Shown here one piece after another: positions 36,772 through 51,075 of a stretch of 51,689 nucleotides of DNA; positions within the stretch are counted from its first letter, which is position 1, and the number at the start of each line of letters is the position of its first letter. Below the pieces are notes generated by a model. That model made no database searches and had not been told where the DNA came from. It saw only the letters and a program-made list of their open reading frames with translations. The stretch covers positions 138,155-189,843 of the forward strand of contig BMAV01009759.1 in assembly GCA_019973955.1 (NCBI GenBank), given 5' to 3'. This stretch comes from Trichonephila inaurata. Its lineage: Eukaryota. The position numbers and the translations under genes are program-made.

Positions 36772-39034
36772 CTTTAGAGAGAGGGGTGGCATTTTCCATT
36801 TTTTGTCCGGGGTGGCAAAACTACTAGAGTTGGCCCTGTTCAGACCATTCACTATAAATATTTTGAAAGCTAATTGTAATCTAAATAATTAAAAAAAATT
36901 AAGCCTGTGTCATTTGTAGAGCATGATGTTAAGTCCCTGGTGGACAGATTATGATAGTCAAGTCTGAATACCATTCTGTTAGAGAACTGTGCTTAATTTC
37001 ACAGACTCCCAACAATCGTGAGTTAGTTTTCCCTTTTTTAGAGCATTAAAAGGATAATTCATGTCACTCAGTATTTCTCTCTTACATATTTCGTTCAAGT
37101 CCTTATACATACACTTCCAAATAGTGTTTTTCTAAATTATATCATCTTCTAATTTTTGAAAGAAAAAATATCTGCACTGCCAGTCACTTGAGTAATGTTG
37201 TAAATAGTTGTAGATATTGTGACCTTATAAGTATCGACTTACCTCCAATGCCATTCGTAACAAACTGCAATTTTTTTATCATTTATTCTTTCTTAATGAG
37301 TTTTTAAAACTGTAACAGACTTTTAACGTACCTGGTATACATACATAGATACTTATTTCTGTTGGTGATATCTACTATGTATATATTATTATTATTTATA
37401 ATGAATAGTGTTTGTGTGGGAAATAAAAAAAAAGGTTAAATGAGTTGTGGAACTCTTTGAAACTGCAAAACTGCCTCTACTTAAAAAGCAATAAATGTTC
37501 TCAATAACATTTAATCTTTTATTGGGAATAATTTCTTTATATTCAGAGTAATTCTTAACTTTGCTATTTTAGTATGAAATAGTTTGTAATCTGAAATAAC
37601 ATTTTTTAACAATTCTTTAATGTCAAATATCCTGAAACTACAATTTCAATGGACATATAAAATTATTCAATGTCTGTGATATATTTCTCTCGTATGTTTA
37701 TAAAATTTATGCTTGAATTTTTTTGTAATGCGAATGTTTATTTCTTTACTATCCATAGCCTTTTTGTGTTCAGACACTTACAAAAAAATATCAATATTAA
37801 CTATTTGATGGATATAAAAACTCATTTATATCTTAGCCTAGCCATTTATATCTTGAAGCCCTTCCCCCCCCCCTGAGTTGTCACTTCATTTGGTGAATAA
37901 TTTTTTTAACATAGTAACTTTGTATCCGAATTTAAGCAAATCTAAAAATTAAGAGTTTCTTTTTCTTGTCTATCATCACTAATTACGTTAAACAGAAGTA
38001 GGACTAATTTTTATAATTTCAAATAAAAGCAATAGTTATAATACATTAATTAAAATTATGATTTGCATTTAATTATAAAAATCTCGAACAGTATATGCAA
38101 TTCTTAATAATATGATCATGGACCTTCGAATTCAGAAAGAATACCGATAAGGAAAAATGCGAGAGGGTGAAATTCTGGAATCGAGAAACTATTATCTATG
38201 GCTATTGAGATTTTTTGTGTGTGTATGATTTTGTCATAATTTTAATCCAGTTCAACAGTTGCTAAATTTTCTTCTTTGAGTTCTTTTAAAATAATTTTAA
38301 TGATGTCACTTATCAGCTAAAGTAATTTGAAAAAAAATAATAATTTTAATTCTCTAAAATTTGTCTTATAACATAATTTAACATTGAAAGTATGCGTTAT
38401 TTTTCTGATTTTGAATTTTTGAACATGAAAATTACGTTTCAATTGCCTCCCGGATCAGGTTTCTGAGTAATTTCACTGCATTTGGCGTTTAACGTTTTGG
38501 AAATGTAGTAGTACGATTAACATAACAGTTAACAAACTTTTCTTTTTACATGAGCATTTTTTTTGCCTGAGGTTTGAGGGGAACGTCTGGAGTATCTCTC
38601 TCTCTGTGTGTGTATCATCCTACAGAAATCATCCACTGACCCTTGAAACTGACAACTCTCCTTTGTAATGCTACTCCATTGCATAAATGTTCTGATGGAA
38701 TCGTTCTCCTTTTTCGTTTCTAAATGTGTCACATTTTGCTGGGAAGAGATCGATAATAGATGCTGGAAATGTATTCTTTGTGATGTGTGTGTAGCATCCA
38801 ATTTTCTCATAGGAAGATACTTCTTACATTTGGTGTTTGTCTGTATCTAAGTTTGAAGAGTGACCACAAATTGGATGCTAACATCCTGGAAACACAATAC
38901 CAGATATCAGAATTGGGATTAAATTAAACTCTTTGTCTTGTGAAGGTTTACTTATCTATAGATCTATAAATGCTTCCTGCTTAGATGTGGGGGCTTTTGA
39001 CATAAGTATTCATATGGCAGTTTTTATTTTTTGT

Positions 39035-39099
39035 TAACGACCTTCACACACAAATGCCTTCACAAGTCCCATTTTGTGGAAAGGCTGCAAGTCACTGTA
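39035..39099 (-). repeat. Terminal inverted repeat fragment of a second, different Tc1-like element
   Basis: The reverse complement reads TTACAGTGACTTGCAGCCTTTCCACAAAATGGGACTTGTGAAGGCATTTGTGTG, of the TACAGTG... type. No intact partner TIR is seen. Confidence 0.4.
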
Positions 39100-39197
39100 A
39101 GGTTTCTCTAGAGACCTGTATGAAACGTTTTTGTGCCTGGCCGCAAAGCTGTTCATAAAGGCCATTCTTTCTGTTTGTAATGGGGCTGTTTGTAATA

Positions 39198-40427
39198 CAC
39201 TCCAGAGCCAAAACATTATGACCACCCCTGCATTTTGAATTAACTCGCCTGGATGACGTGGAAGGCACGTGATCAGGTGGAAGTGGTATTTAACTGCTGC
39301 TGGAGAGTCTGAAGAATCGTTCTTTTACTTCTGTGTGTGATGAGAAAGGCTGCGGATCTAATCGACTTTGATAGAGGGCAGATTGTAATAGCTCGAAGGC
39401 TCAGAACAAGTATTTCCGAAACTGCACGACTCGTGGGTTGTTCGCAATCTAAAGTTGTTAGTACTTATGCAAAGTAGATGAATGGTGGTGAAGCCAAAAG
39501 AGACGACATGATGTTTGGCGGCCACACGCCATCAAAAAAAAAAAGTCGTAGGAGACTGTCTTGCATGGTGAATCAAAACCGGAGCCAGACAGTGACTCAA
39601 CTGACAGCCCAATACAATGCAGGGCTAAGTAGAATAGTATCGGAGCACACTGTTCAGCGGACACTGTTCAGCGGACACTGTTGGATATGGGGCTACGCAG
39701 CAAACGTCCCACTCGTGTGCCTTTGCTGACCAAGCGTCATCGCCAACTGCGCCTGCGCTGGGCCCGGGAACATCGCCACTGGTCCGTGGATCAGTGGGGG
39801 AGAGAGTTGCCTGGTAAGATGAATCACGGTTTGTCATTCATCACGCCAATGGCAGTGTCAGGATACGCCGTCTTCCCGGCGAACAGTTGCTCCCTCAATG
39901 TACAGTAGGTCATACACAGGTCGGTGGTGGTGGTATTATGCTTTGGGGGACGTTCTCTTGGGCGTCTCTGGGACTCGTGGTTGTGGTAGAGCAGACCATG
40001 AATGATACAGGGTATCTGAACATCATCGTGGACCAGTTGCACCCTTACATGGCGTCTGTTTTTCCAGCTGGAAATGGAATATTCCAACAGGACAACATCC
40101 CGTGTCCCAAGGCTAAAATTGTGTTGGAGTGGTTCCAGGAACATGATGCTGAATTCCAGTTAATGTCCTGGCCGCCTAACTCACCGGATGTCAATCAGAT
40201 AGACCACATTTGGGATGTCATGGGACGGCAGCTCAGAGCTCAAAGACCACCAATTCGCAATATCTCGGATTTGTGTGATCGTTGCTTAAACATCTGGTAC
40301 AATCTGTCTCCGGCCATCTACCAAGGACTTGTGGCATCAATGTCAAGGCGGGTTGAAGCTGTGTTGCCCTCCAAAAATGGACCAACTCGTTATTGACAGG
40401 TGGTCATAATGTTTTGGCTCTGGAGTG
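39198..40427 (+). mobile_element. Tc1-like DNA transposon (Tc1/mariner superfamily)
   Basis: Perfect 29-bp TIRs CACTCCAGAGCCAAAACATTATGACCACC at 39198..39226 and 40399..40427, flanked by TA on both sides. The internal transposase carries a QQDN(A/I)PCH-type motif and SWPPNSPDVNQIDHIWD. Confidence 0.9.
39340..40396 (+). pseudogene. Tc1-like transposase, frameshifted
   Basis: The N-terminal HTH part [21 protein letters not shown]..., the middle part and the C-terminal DDE part lie in three different frames. A 14-bp tandem duplication at 39647..39674 causes one of the shifts. Confidence 0.8.
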
Positions 40428-41799
40428 TATATAGCAGCAGTGTTTGTGTACCCATCGAGCAAAATTGCTACTCATTTTGAAACCACTATCTACTAACCAC
40501 ATGTTGATTGTAATTTACAAGATCCAGAAGGCGTTGATGTATGGGAAACTTTCTTTATCAAGGACTTCATAAGAAAATGGGATTGATGACAGTCTCGATA
40601 AATAGTCTTCAATCTTCCAATTGGTTCCAATGCTCAGTTTCAACAGCAAACTTTCAACACACACATCATTACGAAATACTATGTCATTGTCACAGCTGAA
40701 AAATCTTGCTAATTGTTTTTGACAAGATCATGGAGTCTAGCTATTTTATCTGTAACATCCAGGAGCATTTATTCCGGCAATCTGGATTACTAAAAGTCCA
40801 GCTTTGCAGTTTAGCAATTCTTAATCCTTAATCAGGTCATGAAGTTCCCATTGTGGAATTCACAGCGTACGTTACAATCCCTCCCCCTCTGTCGACATTC
40901 TGACAAACAGTTATATGGAGGAAGTCCTGGGACTGGCAATCTTTCGCCAAAGACTACTGGCAACACGGGTTATTTAAATCTTTTTATTATTAATTCCTTT
41001 TCTCAAGCATGCAGAAATAGCTATTGATGGTATAGTTTGTTGGTTCACGCTATACAACGGAATCACCTAAACTCGTGGAAACTATTTTGTTAAGCATTCT
41101 GGATGCATGAACAAATTCATACAACTAACGTGATTTATTCTTTATTAACGTGATCTGTGCCTTTTTCACTTTAGAAGTTAATGACCGCAAGTCACGTCAA
41201 CGCATCGGCGAATTTCTATAGGAACAGGGCTATTCAGTGGACCACAAGATTTATGTAAAATGTCTAAATTTACGAAATCCCTATTGCAGCAAGTCACTAA
41301 TTACACAAATCAGTAGAATAAAAAAACAAACAAACATGAATTTCTCCACGCTCTGCCACTAGTAAGACTGGGGTTATCGATTATTTTTACTAACGTCGCA
41401 TTCTGGAGCAACATGAAGGCTATTGGCGACGGACCTCTTAATTCTAAACAATGGTCAAATGATGAAGACGACACTTAGCTGGTATCTCTCTCTCTGAAAC
41501 TTTCATACTTTTTCGACAGATGTAGCGTGCATCGGACTCCATATACGGCAGGTCTTTAGTGCCATCCTACCCGCCGGAGGTCGTTGTATAAAACTGGTTT
41601 TAACCGTTCGATCATGTGATTCTTTAGATTAAAACTGAAAGCAACGATTGCGAGTAGGTAATATTTTTATCTAGAGAAACAGTGCCTATTTTATCTATTT
41701 TCCCTTACTTTTTAAAAATATTTCGCGTTACGTTGTTAAAATGTCTCATATATGTGAATTGTAAGCAGGGAAGTTACTCAAAACTATGAGCCAGGACAG

Positions 41800-42077
41800 T
41801 GGCCGCGGTAGCCGAGTGGTATAGGTATCGGACCGTGGCTTGCCTTGTCACGAGTTCGAGCCCAGTACCACTAAAGACCCGCCGTGTAGGGCAGTGATGC
41901 ACGTTAAATCTGTCGAGAGCTGAAACGTCCTGCCGTTGGTGTGGTGTGGTAGTTAGGAGAGGGGGGATGCCAGCTCAGGTGTCGTCCACGTCACTTGACC
42001 ATGGTTCAAAATTACGTGGTCCGTCGCTAAAAGCCCTCGTGTAGCTAATCTGTGCGACGTTAATAATCAATCAATCA
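41800..42077 (+). mobile_element. tRNA-derived SINE with a (TCAA)n tail, flanked by a perfect 14-bp TSD
   Basis: Head GCGGTAGCCGAGTGGT...CGAGTTCGAGCCC. The TSD ATGAGCCAGGACAG occurs at 41786..41799 and again at 42078..42091. Confidence 0.85.
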
Positions 42078-42257
42078 ATGAGCCAGGACAGAATTTTTAG
42101 GGTGATTTTCATGTTCAGAGACTCAAGTTTATGTGAAAGGGAGGTACTTTCATTTTGGTAAAAAACAGGAAATGAAAAATTTGTTGAATAATATAATAAA
42201 TGTTTACTGCTAATGCGGATCGGCAGATTGTCAGTAAGCTTATGCTTTTTCAAAGTT

Positions 42258-44236
<1,979 letters not shown>

Positions 44237-44497
44237 GTATTCTGTATTTCTTATAATCACCCTCAAAAAACGAATGTAACTACTGTTAATTTCAAGTACT
44301 GTATTTTTTAAAACCAATATTATTAATTTTGGTGTATGATCGATTTCTTCATCCCTTTACAACCTATAACGTACACTCAAAAAATCTTAAAAAATGTTTC
44401 TAAAATCTACAAATTTAAAGATGTTTTATTGTTATATTTCAAGAGTGGGGTATATAATATATATTGTTTACATTGTAATACTTTTTTTCATGTACAG

Positions 44498-44644
44498 GTT
44501 TGCCAGTTTCATTCTTCAGTTCCTATTACTAATCTTGTTGGAAGTAAATTCAAACTTACGAAGTCTCTTTCTACTTATATGCTGGTAATTGGTACCTCTT
44601 CAGGAGCCGTCCAGTGTCTGCACTTTCATGATGGAAAAATATAA
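44498..44644 (+). CDS. Probable terminal exon of the same WD40-repeat gene (carries the stop codon); exons may have been missed in the preceding 10-kb TE-rich interval
   Basis: Acceptor tttttttcatgtacAG. Translation VCQFHSSVPITNLVGSKFKLTKSLSTYMLVIGTSSGAVQCLHFHDGKI*. The phase-0 entry is compatible with exon 34192..34293. An AATAAA-like signal lies downstream near 44778. Confidence 0.5.
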   Translation, partial: VCQFHSSVPITNLVGSKFKLTKSLSTYMLVIGTSSGAVQCLHFHDGKI

Positions 44645-47600
44645 TGAACTTGTCTGTGTTACTTTAAATCGATGTAGAAATGAATTATTTTAAAAATAAG
44701 CCTAAGAGTCTATATTTGCTATTATATATTATGAATTCTGCTACTTTTGATTTCAAGATATGACTATTATATTTCTGTAAAATACAAATAAAGATATTGT
44801 GATGTCTTTTGTGTTCTGTTCAAAGTTACTGATTTTCAGGATATATATTAATTGTTGAGATTTATTGAAAAAGCATGTCACCCCCACTTCACCAGTAATA
44901 ATGCTTATATATCATTGATTTAACAGATTTGTTGAATAAAATCGTTATCTAAGACAACTCTGTTGTGTTTTCTCACTGTGATAATTTTGAAATTCATAAT
45001 TCTGATGGAAGCCAATAAATCGGAAGTCAGACAAGTAAAATTTTGAAAATGGAGAGTTTTAAACTGGAGAATATAGTAAAATTACTAATTTGATTTAAGG
45101 CATTTGGTATGAAGGGAATGTTTTTCTTAGGTTGTTATGATCATGGAAAGGAAGAGGAGGCTTTAATAATTTAAACATTGACAAACTTTTAAAGCAGCAA
45201 CATAAAAGTGCAGCACAAACACTATAGACAGACACACACACATTTAAAACAGTCACAAAAGCATTCATTGTTCACTCCTGAGATCTCATCTATTTATAGT
45301 CTTGGTCAACCTGAAGCTTTTCACGTCATATGATTCCATGTAAAAGCTTTTCTGATTAGTCCGAATACGCGGTTGATGCAAATTTACATCATCCTGTTTT
45401 AAAAACGCAGAAGTTTCAGTTTTTGGGAGATAAGATGTAGGGGTCTGGAGATCGCGGGTTAAGAGGGTTCGGGGAAGAAGAAGACATGATCTTAAAAACA
45501 GATACGTTTATTTATATTTATCGTTTTATAAATGATTTATAACTTTATTGCCTAACCTTGGGGGCAGTCATAAATCCTAATACTTAATCTAAATTATAAA
45601 ATTATTAAAAATGACTTAGCTTCAGTCGGAGCTTCTTATGACGATCCCTTTCGAACCCCGAGAGCTCGGTCAGCTCCGATGCTATTTACTTCCACCAGTC
45701 CTGAAGGGTTCTAAGATAAATATTAATTTCAGTCCACGCGACTTCCCAGTTGCTGTTCACTTTCTGTTATTCTTAGATTAATGATTAAACTCACACACCC
45801 AATCGTCTGGGCTTAAATAGTATTTACATTTGCATAAAACCAAGTCATCACTACAGAAAGTGGTTTTATTACTAAAATCACAGTTAAAGAATAGTTTCCC
45901 TGAGAAGATTAGTAGAAGGACCCGTTACAAAGGGTGTGGTTATTTCACATTTGGCGGGTAAACTAGGAATTAATTATCACGCGAAGTCTTGGAATGCTCA
46001 ACACCACTATGAAATAAAATCCCTTTAGAGAAAATGTTCGCGAATTATTACATATATTCTAAGAGAAAAAATAATAAGAATAACTTTTGGACTGAAAAAG
46101 GAGTTATCAAATGAAAAAGTTAACACTTTCATGTAGAAAATAATCCACTAAATTTCAGAGGTATTGAATATTTTATTTCAGCTGGTCATCGTAGGTTGTG
46201 TTTGAAATGAGACTTATCGATGACAATGGTTCCACCTTAGTCAGAAAAGTTTCCAAGTTCAACGAGTTTGGAATCGTTGCAAACGTACTTGTTGGTGTAC
46301 AGGTGAGAGGTTTCAGTACACTGGACACCTTAAGCTTCTACCTCATTCGCCAAGTCAGTCGCTTCCCATTAGTTTTCTTGCTCTCACTGATGACCCTGTT
46401 ACTTATTAGACTGTTATATCAGACGCTACAAGAGCCTTTAAGATCATTCTGCTTTTGATGTTCATTTTTTTGTTTTTTGTCGATTGCTACCTGTGTTCTA
46501 CAGTTTTCAAACCATATCTGTGAACATTTTTCATGCCATCCCACCGACTCAAATGCCGAGTGATCCTTTAATTTGGTCACTCTGATTATTTTTACGGAAT
46601 TATACATCCCTTCTTAAACAGTAGCATATGCTTATACTGAGAGCGAAAGCCTTAATTGAGACATTGAAAGAGCCAGAAAGAATAGACTGAATTAAGTTAG
46701 AATCAAAATTATATTTTAGAACTTGAATCTCTTCTACTTTACATACTAGCTATATTCTCTGTTGCAATGTACTTCAGCTCCAGTTACCCATTCTTTTTCA
46801 CCAAAATTCTATAATTTCCATGTTGGATCGAAAAGTATTTGAAGATGGGATTTAATTGCAGAGAGGTTAATACTCTGTAATGTTTTTATTTACTTTTTTA
46901 AAGAATCTAATTTAAAAGAGTTAAGAATTAATTGTATAATATTAAAACTGAAAGAAATGTGTGTGCTAGGAAGAAAAAGTTTTACTAAGCAATATGTTCT
47001 TAAAAGTTCTTCCATATGATGTATTTATTTAAAAAACGATTAAATTGTTTTCCTTTCATGGTGTGAATGATGATATTCTGTAATTATTGATATACTGGAT
47101 TGTTATCAACTGTTGAAGCTACTTGTATGTGTGCTAAAGCAATCTTAAGTATGTTAAGTTAAAGGAAACGTGTGTTAATATTAAATTTATAACATTTTAA
47201 ATACTTCACTTGCTATTTTTATGTTAAAAATATAATGATGGTTAAAGTTGGTCTTTAGAATTAAAAAAAAAAATGGATTTTATGATGATATGAAACATTT
47301 CGAATACTGTTTAATTAAGCATTTATGTTTCATTACTACTTAACTCTAGCGAGTCGCATCAGGTGTAAAAACGTTTCGGTGTAAGAAAATAAATCATGTT
47401 CTAGTAAAAAAAAAATTGCATCTTATTTTGAGTAGAGAACATGAAATGATGTGAGTTTAGTATAAATATTTACTGCACCCTCAAATGATTCTAAGAAATA
47501 TATTTATAAATAGTTATCGTTCATGTGTGTGTGACAGCGTTTCTCAAACTGTGGTGTGTGCCCCCCAGGGGGGCATGATAATCCTCGAAATCAAAAGATT

Positions 47601-49325
47601 ATTTCAAAAATTTATTAATTTACTGAAAGGAAGCAAACAGCAAGCAAGCACATTCTGACATAATAAAAAATAAAATACACATTCATACTGATATAATACA
47701 CTTATAAATGCCTCAGTACTGTACAATGTATTTGATAATTAATTTAACAATAATAAGTTACAATTAAGTTTAATAATTACCAGTGGCCCAATTTGCTTGT
47801 CATATATAAAATTATGCACACAACTTAATACTTGATAATTTGTACGGTTTATAATTAAAATCTATTGTAGCTTTAGCGTCAAAGTATATTATAATTGATT
47901 TCAATGCATTATTATTACTTGGGAGTGGGACGATGAAATTTATGATTGAAAATTGGATTGCAAATATTGAAAGTTTGAGAAGCACTGGTTTATGAAGAGG
48001 AAGAGTCTTCAAAAATAAATTTATAATGTGTGTATATTAACAAGAGTCGTGTTCATCTGATTTTGAATCCAAGTGTTTTAAATGTAGTAAAGAAAGTGGT
48101 GTGTTTTCAACAAACACAGTAGAAAATTTGTCAAATGACCATTTACATGGCTAGAATTTAATATTTATGTCGAACTAGGCCTACTGTATTCATGCTTACG
48201 GTTTACTTTTTTTTTTTTTTAAAAAAAGAAAAGCATTAGAACAAGCCTGTCAACCTTGTGGCTTTGTAATTTTAAGTTGACCAATATGGAAATCGAGTGT
48301 ATCTAATTATTATTCTGGTAATTATCATTGTTCTTTTTTAATTTCCATTCTTTTCAAAATGAACCTATATTTAACAGAATACTTTTTTTACGACTTACAC
48401 GTAAAATTAAATACATGTTCATTTGACTTGCATTAGTCTCTGAAATTAATACACTTCTTTTGGAAAATAAGCGAAACAATACACAAGCAAAATATAGTTG
48501 TACAGTTTTCTCACGGTTAATAATCCCTTTAAAAAAAGACATTAAAATAAATAAAATAAATGATCATGGTCTATTGCTCATTTTTAATACAAAAGTCCTC
48601 TCAATTTTGGATGTATCATAAACAATTTTTAACTGTGCATTCTATTCTAATTAAGTTTTATTATTAAGAACGGTTTGGAGAAAATGGGAAGAAAACTAGT
48701 TTTATTGTATTACTAACCTAAGAAAATTATATATTAATTTTTAAACCTTGAATTAAACATTGTAAAATTTTGAAATGTATTTGATTCTGTCTTCATTCAC
48801 GTATTGAATGACATAAGTAACTGAATTTGTATTTTTTGTAATAAAAAGGATTCTTCTCTGTGCCTTAAAACGATGTGTACTAAATAATTTAAGATATTCA
48901 GCTTTTGAATTTTCTTTATGGTGTATATTTTCAATATAGGCATGATGTATGCTTTCAGTCCAGACATGTCCCCCTCCCCTTTGACAAACATACTCTTAAT
49001 TCGTGGTAAATGATGAGATGCTAAATCTAGTTTAGCACGTAGCATAAAAAAAAAAAAAAAACTAGAAAAAAAAGCGTTATAAAAATGGATAAATTCAGAT
49101 GCAATGTTCAAATCTAATACACCTTACAAATGCTGATTGAAGGTATTAAAGCAAAGCTGATTGAGGGCTCTAAAAGCAATTATTTGACTTTGATGCTGCG
49201 TATTAATAAATTATTTTAATTCTCCTCAATGTTATTTTTATGTCAAATATTTTTGAGATTACTCCCTCATTTAGTTACAAACATTAACTAAATAATTATA
49301 AAATGTGAACAATAATGAAAATATG

Positions 49326-50700
49326 TATTGGTGTAGCAAAGTTTTAATTATTATTAAGAAGTAAACGAGAGATACCTGGATAAATTTTTTCTGCATTTTA
49401 ATTGATACTAATGTACATAATGTTGCAATTTACAGATATTAAGGTTTCTGTAAGGTATAATAATTCGCAGTATGGAGAAGAAAGAGATTCGTACTATGAT
49501 TAAGTTCCTTTATTGAAAGATTACATTGTCAGGTAAACTACGGTGAAATGATGGCTATTTATGCAATTGATAACACGTTACATTACATTGTTGGGAGGAG
49601 GAAATGGAATGTCTATATGTCCACATATTCCTCACAGACGATCCAAGAAGTGGAAAATAATCACTCAATCACACGATGCTATCACAATAAGGATAATGGA
49701 GGAATTTTTCCTATTATACCGAAGAGCAAACATTCAAATGATAATGAATGAGACTAATATCGAATCATAAAGTATGTGGAAAATAATTCACGACGTCAAA
49801 GGTCTTAGCACGTTGTGTTACATATTACTGATTCATTTTCAGAACCAAACACGGTATGATCTGTCAAGAGGAATGATGAATCTTTTGAAGCAAGACGAGG
49901 AGGATATTTCTGGTCACATGATAACTATGGATGAATCTTGGATCTAATAATATGATCCAGAGATCAAAGAGATAAGCAAGGAGGGGGGGGGGGGGGAGAT
50001 ACCGACTCTCCTCTTCCAAGATATCTTCCACATAACTATGGATGAATCTTGGATCTAACAATATGATCCAGAAATCAAAGAGATAAGCAAGGAGGAGGTT
50101 GGGGGAGGAGATACCGACTCTCCTCTTCCAAGATATCTTCCACATGATAACTATGGATGAATCTTGGATCTAACAATATAATCCAGAGATCAAAGAGATA
50201 AGCAAGGAGGAAGAGTGTGTGTGTGTGGGGGGGGGAGATACCGACTCTCCTCTTCCAAGAAAGTTAAGCCAGGAAATCTGTAGGCAAGATCTTAGTTTTT
50301 GGAACGAAATAATTTTTTTTATTGTTATGGAGGTATCTTATATCTTAACAAACAACCCAAAGAGGGGTTAGACCATCACTAGTACACACTGTTGAAAAAA
50401 TTCCGATCAAGAAATGGAGTGGTATGATCACCAAAGTTGTCCGACTTCTTTTCAACAATGCATCTGCCCATTTACCTCTCTTTGCGAGTGAGGAATCAAG
50501 GATCACACCCCCCAAGCGTTTTCTTAAAAAAAATTTTCAGATCTCTAAAAACCACTGCAGTGTCGGAGATTTGACAAAACAAATGATTTAATTCGAGAGG
50601 CAGAACAAGAGTTTTCCATACGAGATGCTGAATTCTAATGTGATAGCCTTCAACACTCCAAGAAATGCTGAAGAAATGTATAACTCTGGTGATTTGATTT
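49326..50700 (+). mobile_element. Second mariner-like element, highly degenerate, carrying an internal tandem triplication; its 3' part is disrupted by the SINE at 50700
   Basis: TIR-like tattggtgtagcaaagttttaatt at 49326. The ORF starts MEKKEIRTMIKFLY... at 49472. An ...ITMDESWI..YDPEIKEISKE block matches the mariner VTMDETWIHHYTPESKQQS motif. A C-terminal FFNNASAHLPLF remnant matches LFHQDNAPCH. Confidence 0.5.
49917..50268 (+). repeat. Tandem triplication (~117-bp unit) of a mariner transposase-derived segment, with variable G-homopolymer and (GT)n cores
   Basis: Three units starting with cat(ga)taactatggatgaatcttggatcta...agataagcaaggagg...gagataccgactctcctcttccaaga. Confidence 0.85.
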
Positions 50701-51075
50701 GATTTTTTTATTAAGTAGCACTATGAAGGACCTCGTAATTTTGAACCACGATCAAGCGGCGAGGACGACACCTGTGCTGCCATTCCCTCTCTTAACTTCT
50801 TTTTGAACTTCGCAAAATTTAGCGCACGTCAGTCCCTCTTTAGTGGATCTAGGTTTTGAACCCATGACTCAACAACGTCGGCCACGAGCTCAGGACAATC
50901 ATCACTCGCAGTGGCGTAATGTACACCCCCGCAAACCCAGCATCGAGGAAGGGTCTAAGATTCTAAGGAGGTGCAAAGCTTGACTGACGCCAAGTACGTG
51001 TTTGGGTTTTGGGGGCCAAAATGGCTGGGGGGCGCTAATATTCTCCGTTACGCCACTGATCACTCGGCTACCGCA
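50700..51075 (-). mobile_element. SINE of the same family as the 41800 copy, on the opposite strand, with an internal duplication
   Basis: The reverse complement has the head CTGCGGTAGCCGAGTG and the shared tail ggtgtcgtcc..cttgatcgtggttcaaaattacgaggtcc. Confidence 0.7.

Noticed and set aside
39034-39225. 63-aa minus-strand ORF
   Set aside because: It reads through a Tc1-like TIR fragment and the flank of the intact Tc1 element. It is not a gene.
49864-50145. 93-aa minus-strand ORF with an internally repeated peptide
   Set aside because: It is an artefact of translating the 117-bp tandem repeat. The repeat is transposase-derived on the other strand.
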